Shown here one piece after another: positions 1-7,823 of a stretch of 24,448 nt of DNA. Under the pieces are notes generated by a model. That model saw only the letters and a program-made list of their open reading frames with translations, was not told the origin of the DNA and ran no database searches. The DNA is from an archaeon (lineage in GTDB: Archaea; Nanobdellota; Nanobdellia; Woesearchaeales; UBA9642). Numbering within the stretch: position 1 is the first letter of the stretch; the number at the start of each line of letters is the position of its first letter. The stretch is from positions 1 through 24,448 of the forward strand of contig JAZDHK010000035.1 in the NCBI GenBank assembly GCA_043806035.1, written 5' to 3'. A program made the position numbers and the translations under genes.

Positions 1-238
1 ATTTCTTTGGCACGTTCACAAGGAAGTGCACGTGCGTTCCTGCAAAGCCGAACGTGCCGAATTCGAAGCCTTGCGTTTCGAATTCTCGAAACGCTGCCGT
101 GCACGTGTCGATGTGCGATTGTTTGCCAAAACAGTTGTATCTGCATTTGGTCACGAACATCATCGTGACCCAGTTGTTTCTTGTATCACTCACTGCGTGA
201 CCGATAGTTTTATAGCTCCCGCTGTCCAATGCAGTCAT
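1..238 (-). mobile_element. tnpA: IS200/IS605-family Y1 (HuH) transposase TnpA, 5' part (runs off window start)
   Basis: Manual translation from ATG at 238: MTALDSGSYKTIGHAVSDTRNNWVTMMFVTKCRYNCFGKQSHIDTCTAAFREFETQGFEFGTFGFAGTHVHFLVNVPKK. FVTKCRY resembles the TnpA (W/F)xTKYR motif and HVHFLVxxP is the HuH motif. SD-like GGACGTGA lies just upstream. Not in the ORF track. Confidence 0.85.
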
Positions 239-248
239 AATTTCACGT

Positions 249-293
249 CCATAGTCTCAAAGGCGCCGCTTTGCGGCGGCGCGCCGACTATGG
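249..293. repeat. GC-rich nested hairpin just upstream of tnpA
   Basis: CCATAGTC (249-256) / GACTATGG (286-293) is a perfect inverted repeat enclosing CGCCGC-TTT-GCGGCG (264-278). Consistent with IS200-type subterminal or translation-repressing hairpins. Confidence 0.75.
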
Positions 294-324
294 TCTCTTC
301 TTGATAATTCGAGAATTTAACAGC

Positions 325-382
325 TGCGGCCTTTCAACTGCGGGTTTCGCTGCTACTCAACCCGCGAGTATTCCCGGCCGCA
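325..382. repeat. Second structured element upstream of tnpA (outer stem plus two interleaved stems)
   Basis: TGCGGCC (325-331) / GGCCGCA (376-382); GCGGGTT (340-346) / AACCCGC (359-365); TACTC (354-358) / GAGTA (366-370). Confidence 0.65.
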
Positions 383-558
383 CGATAACAACATTAGAAT
401 TTTCGGTTTTAATCTCTGTGAAGACGAGCCCGAATTGAGTTTAACATCGCGATCAAGAGAACGTGCACATATTAAATAATTGAGACCCTTATCTTTCAGG
501 TGTAATTAAGATCAAATTACTTAAATATTTGCGAGTATTCACCCCCTGATAGCATACG

Positions 559-1323
559 TCACTCAAGCAATCCTTCTTTCCTCATCTGCCGCAGTATGCG
601 TGCATAGCGAGAAGGGCTAATTCCTAGAACGTTTGCGGAATGCGTCTGCTTGTGGAGATGTTTCTTAAGGATCTGCCCTCGATAATACCTATCTGAATCT
701 TTGAAGGGTGATTGCTTGCTTACGGGTTTGATGCCTGTCTTTCTTGCAGTCAATACCATGGCTCCATAATCCATGAGTGCGTTGTGCCAATCTCGTGATC
801 TTCCTTTCGGGAGTAGAGCGAGTGCATACCTTTCCAGCGTCGCCTGTGGTGTTTTCTCGGACAGATGCAGCAATGCAATGAGTATCCTGCGTACGTTCGT
901 GTCTATGGTTATCTCACCCTTGTTGTAAGCGAATATCAAGACTGCTTTGGCCGTGTATGGTCCGATGCCGGGAAGTGCAAGCAACTCTTTATACGTTTGG
1001 GGAAATTTTCCTTTATACGCGTTTACAACATGCCGTGCCAGCCGCTGCAGACGTACTGCCCTGCTGTTGTAGCCGAGACCAGACCAGAGTTTCAGGACGT
1101 TCTCTTTTTTTGCTCTAGCCAGCGTTTGTAGCGTCGGAAATTTTTTGATGAACGCAGCATATTTGGGGATGACTCTGTCCACTTGGGTCTGCTGGAGCAT
1201 GACTTCTGAGACGAGGATCTTATAGGGATTTGTCGTCTTGCGCCAAGGGAGGTTCCTACCGTGCTTTGCATAATGGTCGAGTATTGTCCTCTGTACTTCC
1301 TTCACTTTTTTCTGGGAAAGCAT
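559..1323 (-). CDS. mutY: A/G-specific adenine glycosylase (HhH-GPD), Fe-S-less short form
   Basis: RNLPWR, PYKILVSEVMLQQTQV, WSGLGYNSRA, HhH LPGIGPYTA, DTNVRR, ALMDYGA; no cysteines. Confidence 0.9.
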   Translation of the reverse strand: MLSQKKVKEVQRTILDHYAKHGRNLPWRKTTNPYKILVSEVMLQQTQVDRVIPKYAAFIKKFPTLQTLARAKKENVLKLWSGLGYNSRAVRLQRLARHVVNAYKGKFPQTYKELLALPGIGPYTAKAVLIFAYNKGEITIDTNVRRILIALLHLSEKTPQATLERYALALLPKGRSRDWHNALMDYGAMVLTARKTGIKPVSKQSPFKDSDRYYRGQILKKHLHKQTHSANVLGISPSRYARILRQMRKEGLLE

Positions 1324-1419
1324 GCGTTTTGCATGGCAATCCCGAATAAAAGCTTATTGAAACCACTTGCGAGTAGCTAAAATGGAAACATTTATGAAAG
1401 AGAAGCACATCACAACCAC

Positions 1420-2025
1420 ATGCACGAACGCCTACACATCTCGGCAGAAGGGCTTGATACACTCATGAACAAGACACTGCCCGCAGCACGCAGCGCTCTT
1501 GCCGAGTGGAAAGAGAGTGTTGCAGGGATACTCGTGAAAGGAGACAATGTGTGGACTCCTGCGCTCATCGAGGTCCACGACGACACGTATGACATTTCTC
1601 CCGTCGTTGCCGTGCACGGTGTGGGCAGCCACAAGACGGGTGACAGCTACACTGACCTAGTACAGATCATGCAGAACGGTTTCTCTGGCAGGAATGGACC
1701 ATTCAACGCGTATGGCGGAAATGACGTCGAGGCCCCTTCAGTATGGATGCAGCCATCACAAAGAGAAGAGACAAAAGGAGACAAGTACTGGCTGACCGTG
1801 CTCAAATTCCAGCCAAATGCTGTAATGTCAAGAGAAGTGGAACGCGTCAAGAATGGCAGGTTCCCGCTTGCAATAAAGAGCGCACAATCTCAGGATATTG
1901 TTGCAAACATCATGCTTGCATCAAATCTTTCGAAAGCAGAACAGAACAGGCGTCTTGCCCTGTATCTGCAACTATCAGGAACAATTTCTATTCACAACTA
2001 CGCGTCAACAAACAAAATAGAATAA
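1420..2025 (+). CDS. Hypothetical protein (201 aa)
   Basis: Long ORF divergent from mutY with TATA-like TTTATGAA about 20 nt upstream; no family recognised. Confidence 0.7.
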   Translation: MHERLHISAEGLDTLMNKTLPAARSALAEWKESVAGILVKGDNVWTPALIEVHDDTYDISPVVAVHGVGSHKTGDSYTDLVQIMQNGFSGRNGPFNAYGGNDVEAPSVWMQPSQREETKGDKYWLTVLKFQPNAVMSREVERVKNGRFPLAIKSAQSQDIVANIMLASNLSKAEQNRRLALYLQLSGTISIHNYASTNKIE

Positions 2026-2099
2026 CACCACCACTCATCAGTGGTTATTAATGGAAAGGTTTATAAACGATGTCTGATTGACGTAGGCAAGGTGATAGC

Positions 2100-2363
2100 A
2101 TGGTTCTATCTGCAAAAGAAACACTCGAAACAAAAAACCTACAAACACAACAAAAAGCCAGCAAGCTTGAAGATGCAATTGATAAAAAGCTTGCGGATGA
2201 GTATGTGGATGAAACATCTGAAGTTGTCTTTCCATATATACCCGGCACATCAAGAAAGGCATTAGCAATAGTCATGAGTCACTATCGCCAGGCAGGCTGG
2301 ACAGTCACCCAAAAACATGATCAACGAGAGGGTGACATGCTCGTATTCAGTTACAAAGGATGA
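2100..2363 (+). CDS. Small hypothetical protein (87 aa)
   Basis: TTTATAAA box near 2060 and AGGTGA SD before the ATG; first gene of a same-strand cluster. Confidence 0.75.
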   Translation: MVLSAKETLETKNLQTQQKASKLEDAIDKKLADEYVDETSEVVFPYIPGTSRKALAIVMSHYRQAGWTVTQKHDQREGDMLVFSYKG

Positions 2364-2373
2364 GAGGAGAAAC

Positions 2374-2850
2374 ATGACCCTAGGCAAATACCTCATGATA
2401 CCCATCGCAGCAGGATACGTCCTGTTCTCGGCAGGCTGCAGCAAGCAAGACTTGTCACCCGTCAACCCGCCTAATCTCGAGCAGACAACACCACGTGTTG
2501 TTGACAAGGCAAAGGATTTCGTCGACGACATTCCGCTCACGAGATATCACGGCAAGCAGGACTATACGTGCAGAGGCACCTGGATCCATGGCTTGTACGA
2601 CGGATTCATCGATGTTGACTTGGGAACGCTTGTCACGGACAGTTCTGACGTTGTTCAGATAAAGAATGAGAAAGACGCTGACGGCAAATACCAAACAACC
2701 ATTATCGTCGACCAGAATGGCGACGGAAAGCCAGAACTGTACAGGACATGGGGCAAGGACAGAAAGAAGGACAGCGGTATAAAACCTGTTACTTCAAAAC
2801 AAGTCAAGGCGTTCAACGAAGTAAAAAAGGCAGCTGGACGACGGTTGTGA
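2374..2850 (+). CDS. Putative lipoprotein with a DxNGDG Ca-binding-like loop
   Basis: ATG at 2374 after GAGGAG; MTLGKYLMIPIAAGYVLFSAGC signal/lipobox; DQNGDGKPE motif. Confidence 0.75.
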   Translation: MTLGKYLMIPIAAGYVLFSAGCSKQDLSPVNPPNLEQTTPRVVDKAKDFVDDIPLTRYHGKQDYTCRGTWIHGLYDGFIDVDLGTLVTDSSDVVQIKNEKDADGKYQTTIIVDQNGDGKPELYRTWGKDRKKDSGIKPVTSKQVKAFNEVKKAAGRRL

Positions 2851-2852
2851 GC

Positions 2853-3239
2853 ATGAAAACGCTTAAGACAATAGTTCTTGTGACGCTCGGCATGGCAGCC
2901 CTGGCAGGAATAGCTGGCTGCGAGGAAGGAGAGAGAAAACCGGAAGCGAAACTCATTGTCACGCCAGTACGCGTTGAAGAAAATTTCGCAGAGGGCAAAG
3001 GCGCAATTAGCATGTATGTCGAACCGCAGGACGGGCAACCGCAACTCGTTGTAGGATACCGTGACGGCTATTACGAAGAAGCAATGGACCTCTCCTCAGC
3101 AAAGCTCCTCATTGACAAGAAGATTGCAGAACAGGACACCATGACGGTTACTGGTCACTTTGAGAACAGGTACGGTGGGCGCATCATACGGATGATGAGT
3201 TTTGACCTGTACGGCTACCATTTCAAATTTGACAAGTAG
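2853..3239 (+). CDS. Putative lipoprotein, paralog family member 1
   Basis: MKTLKTIVLVTLGMAALAGIAGC lipobox; shared C-terminal KIAEQDTMTVTGHFE...LYGYHFKFDK. Confidence 0.85.
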   Translation: MKTLKTIVLVTLGMAALAGIAGCEEGERKPEAKLIVTPVRVEENFAEGKGAISMYVEPQDGQPQLVVGYRDGYYEEAMDLSSAKLLIDKKIAEQDTMTVTGHFENRYGGRIIRMMSFDLYGYHFKFDK

Positions 3240-3248
3240 GGTGAAGGT

Positions 3249-3623
3249 ATGATGAACTATCTGAGAACGACGCTATTGACAGCTCTTGGCGGAGTAATCA
3301 TGCTCGGTTGCAGCAGTTCTCATACAAAGGAAGGGACGTTTGCAGTCATTCCAACAACGGTTGCCGAAAGCTCTGACTACGGCTGGCACGTTGTTTCTAG
3401 CGACGTCATCCTTGAAGGCAAGCACGTGCTTGCAGAAGCGTACATTAATAACAAAAGCAGGGACATGAAACGCAGCGTTTCCGCAACAGCACTCATCGCA
3501 AGAAAGATTGCAGAGCATGATACTATGACCATCTACGGTCATTTCGAGGACATGCACGGGGGACGAGCGCTCAGGGTTACGGGGCTTGACCTCTATGACT
3601 ATCATTTTTCGTTCGACAAGTGA
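3249..3623 (+). CDS. Putative lipoprotein, paralog family member 2
   Basis: Signal peptide ending MLGC; KIAEHDTMTIYGHFE...LYDYHFSFDK; GGTGA SD. Confidence 0.85.
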   Translation: MMNYLRTTLLTALGGVIMLGCSSSHTKEGTFAVIPTTVAESSDYGWHVVSSDVILEGKHVLAEAYINNKSRDMKRSVSATALIARKIAEHDTMTIYGHFEDMHGGRALRVTGLDLYDYHFSFDK

Positions 3624-3634
3624 AGGGTGAAATC

Positions 3635-4021
3635 ATGAACTATCTGAAGAATATTGTGTTGGCAACGCTTGGCGCAGCAGCACTCGGTGTAACATTGAGC
3701 AGTTGTTGCGAATCTGGCAGCACTACCGCGAAACCAAAAGTCGCGAAACTCACTGTTCTCCCCATCACTGTTTCCGAGACGTCAAAAGGAGACTGGGCAA
3801 GCATTTCAGCCATCGTCAACGTCGAGGGAAAACAGATGCTCGCTCAAGGATACACAAATAGAATACTGCCTAATTCCGCTGCCCTTTCTCTTATCGAGCA
3901 AAAGATTGCAGAGAAAGACACCATGACCGTGTATGGCCATTTCGAGAACTCATATGGTAGGCGCATCATCGCTATTGACGTTCTTGAAGCCTACGGCTAC
4001 CATATTGAGTTCAAAAAATAA
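3635..4021 (+). CDS. Putative lipoprotein, paralog family member 3
   Basis: ATG at 3635 after GGTGA; signal peptide ending LSSC; KIAEKDTMTVYGHFE...AYGYHIEFKK. Confidence 0.85.
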   Translation: MNYLKNIVLATLGAAALGVTLSSCCESGSTTAKPKVAKLTVLPITVSETSKGDWASISAIVNVEGKQMLAQGYTNRILPNSAALSLIEQKIAEKDTMTVYGHFENSYGRRIIAIDVLEAYGYHIEFKK

Positions 4022-4031
4022 ACGTGGAGAA

Positions 4032-4286
4032 TTAATTAAGAGCGACTTTCTGCCCTATTGCCTGACCTGGCAGTCCCGTCTCAAAAATTGCTCTGACCGC
4101 TCCCGTATTGCCGTGCGCGGCAGCAATCTTTCCCTTCATGTCCTTCTTGCCCGTGTTCCAAACGACAGATTTTCCGACGAGCTTCTTTGCCTCGTCTCGT
4201 TTAGCAACGCCTTCTACTTTGATAATAATGTGTGTAGGGGTTTGCGTGTGCCTGTTCCTTCTGTAGTTGACGATGACGCCGTTCAT
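4032..4286 (-). CDS. rpl35ae: 50S ribosomal protein L35Ae
   Basis: MNGVIVNYRRNRHTQ...GKIAAAHGNTGAVRAIFETGLPGQAIG matches eL33/L35Ae. TTTATAAA about 22 nt upstream of the ATG at 4286. Confidence 0.95.
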   Translation of the reverse strand: MNGVIVNYRRNRHTQTPTHIIIKVEGVAKRDEAKKLVGKSVVWNTGKKDMKGKIAAAHGNTGAVRAIFETGLPGQAIGQKVALN

Positions 4287-4424
4287 GCTCTGGGGAAATG
4301 CACTTCGTTTATAAAGCTTACTGTGCAACAAGAACACATGTAGTTATCATTAAACAGTAGTTACAAAACGCAAGATTTATATACTGGAAATGCCTCTCAT
4401 ATTAACCAAAAAGGTGCATCGCAG

Positions 4425-5177
4425 ATGAAGAAACTACTCCTTCCCTTGCTCGGACTTGCTGCATTGCTAGGCGGATGTGCATGCAAGGAACCACAGCAGC
4501 AAGTCAGAGAATACACCCCAGAAGACGTTAAACCCATTCCTATAGATAGCATGATGGCTGCATCTGTGCCTTTTGAAGCAATCCCCCTCGAGCAGCACAT
4601 CCTTCAGGAAGAAGAACGTGTCAAAACAATCGCTGAGGAAGATTATCTCCAAACAATGGAAGACATTTCCACACCACTCGAGGCGGCCATCTACTGTACG
4701 AAAGTCTTGCACTACGCCGCGGAGGAGAATTTTCCTTCAAACGAATACGGTTTACCAACATATTTTGTCGATTTCAAAACCATCCACGAGAAGAAAGAGG
4801 ATGTCTGCACCGGTGGAGCAACGGCTGCAGCTGCTTTGCTCTATGATAACGGCTTTCATCCCTACGTGCTTATCATGCGTGCAAAAAACAGCGACAAAAG
4901 CCACGTCGTATTCGTGTATAAGTCAACAGACGGATGGTACGGAAGCATAGGCATCAACGAGATTGACATCAGAACATTCGCAGACAGCCTCGGACAGATT
5001 GCACAAGATATCATCTGGCTAGGAGAGCAAACGTATCCAGCGAGCTATAAACTGTATGAGCTGAACGGCCCTGGCTTCATTGATGAGCACAAAAATCATG
5101 ATCCACGAATGGACTACAAAACACGAGACATTCTCGAGCACTACGCGCAAGCAAGACTCAGAGGAGTCCATCCGTAA
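4425..5177 (+). CDS. Putative lipoprotein with transglutaminase-like (Cys-His) domain
   Basis: MKKLLLPLLGLAALLGGC lipobox; DVCTGGATAAAALL helix followed by SHVVFVY...GWYGSIG. Confidence 0.65.
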   Translation: MKKLLLPLLGLAALLGGCACKEPQQQVREYTPEDVKPIPIDSMMAASVPFEAIPLEQHILQEEERVKTIAEEDYLQTMEDISTPLEAAIYCTKVLHYAAEENFPSNEYGLPTYFVDFKTIHEKKEDVCTGGATAAAALLYDNGFHPYVLIMRAKNSDKSHVVFVYKSTDGWYGSIGINEIDIRTFADSLGQIAQDIIWLGEQTYPASYKLYELNGPGFIDEHKNHDPRMDYKTRDILEHYAQARLRGVHP

Positions 5178-5210
5178 TGCCCAAAAAGTCTGAAGAAATA
5201 AGAAAAAAAT

Positions 5211-5567
5211 TTAGAATTCTACGTTGTACCCGTGTGCGTCAACGCTTTGGATGATGAACTCGTTGCCTTGATATTTTCCTGTCAGCGTCACACTTCCTGA
5301 GTCGCCTTTTGCGATCTCTGCACTGATGAGCGCTTGAGCATCTGCCGAATTCACCTTACCAATATAGCCACTGACGTGCGCGAGGACATCGCTGCTATCC
5401 GTCCTAATAACCGTCGCTACTGCACCACAACTGTGGCCGTATGCTTCGCTTACGCTTACCGGTCTGCCAGTCAAGGTTGTAGTTTGTGGCTGTTCGACTG
5501 AATTTCCTGAGCATCCCGCAAGGAGTGCTGCAGCAACTATTGCGCTTAATGTTATGATTGTTCTCAT
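5211..5567 (-). CDS. Putative lipoprotein, diverged paralog family member 4
   Basis: ATG at 5567 after AGGTGA; LLAGC lipobox; PVSVSE, ALISAEIAKGD, VTLTG, AHGYNVEF align with members 1-3. Confidence 0.8.
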   Translation of the reverse strand: MRTIITLSAIVAAALLAGCSGNSVEQPQTTTLTGRPVSVSEAYGHSCGAVATVIRTDSSDVLAHVSGYIGKVNSADAQALISAEIAKGDSGSVTLTGKYQGNEFIIQSVDAHGYNVEF

Positions 5568-5775
5568 GGTTTCACCTTTAGCACGGGTAGTGAACGAGAT
5601 ATTTAGGTGTTTCTTCTGCAAATAACGGAAACGCCTACCTGCCCGTGTTATTTTTAGGTATTTGCTCTTTAGAAAGCCTCAGATGCGAGTATTTATGAGA
5701 AGAAGCTGACATTTTGCAGCATTCCGAAAAATTTAAATACAAGAAACTACAATTAAATATCCTGATATACAAAAT

Positions 5776-5797
5776 AGTATATTAGTATAAATATACT
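5776..5797. promoter_or_regulatory. Palindromic operator-like site
   Basis: AGTATATT-N6-AATATACT perfect inverted repeat, 3 nt before the ATG at 5801; BRE/TATA-like GAAAAATTTAAATA at 5726-5739. Confidence 0.45.
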
Positions 5798-5800
5798 CGT

Positions 5801-5971
5801 ATGTCAGAAAAGCAGGCAAGAAGGCCAAGGAACATCATTGGCAGGAACGTGAAAACCATGTGCGACTTCAGGATGGGAGAATACTGTTTCAACCCGAAAA
5901 AAGTACGACCCGGCATAGTTGCCATGCCCTGCCATGAATGTTCCTGTGAAGCCCATCACGACAGCGAATAA
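5801..5971 (+). CDS. Cys/His-rich microprotein (56 aa), possibly zinc-binding
   Basis: Manual translation MSEKQARRPRNIIGRNVKTMCDFRMGEYCFNPKKVRPGIVAMPCHECSCEAHHDSE; below ORF-track cutoff; abrupt AT-rich to coding-like transition at the ATG. Confidence 0.6.
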   Translation: MSEKQARRPRNIIGRNVKTMCDFRMGEYCFNPKKVRPGIVAMPCHECSCEAHHDSE

Positions 5972-6023
5972 TATTCAGGAAACACCACATAAAGCATAAT
6001 AATGCTCTTCTCCAAAACAGCGC

Positions 6024-6326
6024 ATGGATGATGCGTTGCTGCTCAAGATCGCTCAAACGCTCACGCCTGAACTCGTACTGATCAAAGATCTTTCCACGAG
6101 AGAGGGAGAACTCGTCACCATTCGAGGAGAGATCATCCAGCAGAGGACGACAGAGAAAGCAACCTTTCTCACTATCCAAGACAGAACCGGGACGTGCGGT
6201 GCTGTAGCGTTCTCGGACGTGAGCAGTATGAAAGGAAACATCGTAGAGATTCGGGGAAAGGTCGATGACAAAGAACTTCTTATCGAGACCATAACCGTTC
6301 AGTCAGGTTTGCCAGGCACGTCATGA
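6024..6326 (+). CDS. OB-fold nucleic-acid-binding domain protein
   Basis: GELVTIRGEI...FLTIQDRTG...GNIVEIRGKV is a typical OB-fold pattern; overlaps the tdk 3' end by 28 nt. Confidence 0.75.
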   Translation: MDDALLLKIAQTLTPELVLIKDLSTREGELVTIRGEIIQQRTTEKATFLTIQDRTGTCGAVAFSDVSSMKGNIVEIRGKVDDKELLIETITVQSGLPGTS

Positions 6327-6916
6327 TGCAAGAAGCACCTCGCCTGATACTCATCTCCGCCCGTATCCACCTGAATGATGCTGTCATCATAGAGCACAGG
6401 CTTGCCATCCCTAAGCCTTTGCGTTCTTGTCGCCTTTCCTCCGCAGACGTTGCAGACGGCAGTTAATGTGTAGACTCTGTCTGCCATGAGCACTAAAGAT
6501 CCCATCTCTCCAAAAGGCTCTCCCCTGAAGTCCATGTCCAGACCGGCATAGATGACTGTTTTGCCTTGCCGCAGTAGCTTTTCTGTTATGGGAATGATTG
6601 CTCTGGGCAAGAACTGTACTTCGTCGCAGGCGACAAGGTCTATGGATTGTTCTTGCTTTGCTTCTTCCTGAGCCAGATGGTCGAGAATCTGGTACGGATT
6701 ATCTGTGTCAAAGCGGATGCAGTGCTGCTTGACGTCAGAATAGCGTGATTTTATCTCCCTATCTCTCGTATTCGTTATGGGATTGAAGAGCAGGAACGTC
6801 TTGTATGGCAGCTGCAGGATTTTCTCTCTCTGAACAAGCGAGTCTATTCTTTCCAGTAATTTTCTTGTCTTTCCTGAGTACATGCAGCCGGCGATGACTT
6901 CCAGCGTGCCAGGCAT
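6299..6916 (-). CDS. tdk: Thymidine kinase
   Basis: P-loop GCMYSGKT, DEVQF, AGLDMDFRGEPFG, Zn site CNVC...YQARC. Confidence 0.95.
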   Translation of the reverse strand: MPGTLEVIAGCMYSGKTRKLLERIDSLVQREKILQLPYKTFLLFNPITNTRDREIKSRYSDVKQHCIRFDTDNPYQILDHLAQEEAKQEQSIDLVACDEVQFLPRAIIPITEKLLRQGKTVIYAGLDMDFRGEPFGEMGSLVLMADRVYTLTAVCNVCGGKATRTQRLRDGKPVLYDDSIIQVDTGGDEYQARCFLHHDVPGKPD

Positions 6917-7099
6917 TGCGTGAGGATTCAAGTAACCACCCCAAACAGTGGCAGAAGGCGCTTTTACTTAAAGATTGCGATATGCAGCCAAGAGCTGTTG
7001 TAAATCTTCTTTCTTTTCCTCAGGCATTTTAACGTAGAATTCCTGCAGACGGCATTTTCGCAATGATGCGGGAGCTTTTCCTGATGCCTGTCGCCCTGT

Positions 7100-7762
7100 C
7101 TAGCCTTTTACCCAGATTTCCGTATCCCTGTAAATCTTGTAGAGCTTGGAGGGAATTTTTCCAAGTGTTGTGGCAATGTCGTCAATGCTTTCCTCGAACA
7201 ATTGCAATGACTGTCTAGGGTCCATGGGTTCTCGAGAGCCACGCAGAGTCAATAGTTTATTCTGGCAAAGGCCCGTATAGAATTCCTCAGACTGTCCTGT
7301 TGAGTAGAAGGGGTTACTGTTGAAAGAAACTTCATCAGCAAATTGTTTGATGACCGCATTCCACATGGTCATGTACATCTCATCAGACCATGTCAGTTGC
7401 AGGAAGTCGACAGGAGCTATGACGATGGGTGGGATGAGCTTTTTTTGGTCTTGCGGGGAGGGCACTTCAAGGGTTCTGAGCTCTTCCGCGAATGCCTTGC
7501 CATCCTTGATGTTCTCTTCCTTGACGAATCGCATGTATGCATCATTATCCGGCCTTCTGAAGTCTTCAAGGCTGGTTATGCCATGCTCTCGCATGTACTC
7601 ATAGAGTCGTTTTCCTGTAGTTATTGCTGAACTGGCGTAGATGACATGATTTTTTTCGGGGTCACCAATCGTTGACCTGTATGCGGATAGCGAGACCCTG
7701 ATGGCTTCGGTTATTTGTGCTTCTCGCTCCAGTGCGGCTCTGACGTTGAGGGGAATGTCCAT
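7100..7762 (-). CDS. Hypothetical protein, possibly nucleoside 2-deoxyribosyltransferase-like (DUF4406-like)
   Basis: IYASSAITTG, VIAP, W...YM..W, YSTGQSEE resemble that fold; TATA about 22 nt upstream of the ATG at 7762. Confidence 0.55.
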   Translation of the reverse strand: MDIPLNVRAALEREAQITEAIRVSLSAYRSTIGDPEKNHVIYASSAITTGKRLYEYMREHGITSLEDFRRPDNDAYMRFVKEENIKDGKAFAEELRTLEVPSPQDQKKLIPPIVIAPVDFLQLTWSDEMYMTMWNAVIKQFADEVSFNSNPFYSTGQSEEFYTGLCQNKLLTLRGSREPMDPRQSLQLFEESIDDIATTLGKIPSKLYKIYRDTEIWVKG

Positions 7763-7823
7763 ACTGCAAGAAACACAAACCCCTTTATATATTTTGTCAT
7801 TATTCAATAGTAACAAAAGAGAG

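Noticed and set aside
26-304. 92-aa plus-strand ORF
   Set aside because: Antisense shadow of tnpA and its hairpin; no motif.
325-382. Known ribozyme or riboswitch (hammerhead, SAM-II, preQ1)
   Set aside because: Their conserved core sequences are not recognisable by eye; left as unassigned structure.
3237-3251. Genome-wide TAG recoding (TAG in frame with the next paralog; other open frames past TAG)
   Set aside because: The homologous stop in paralog 2 is TGA, read-through would bury a signal peptide, and TAG ends several complete genes.
3100-4021. DGR or CRISPR interpretation of the lipoprotein repeats
   Set aside because: The repeats are coding paralogy at about 390-nt spacing, differences are not adenine-specific, and no RT or cas gene is present.
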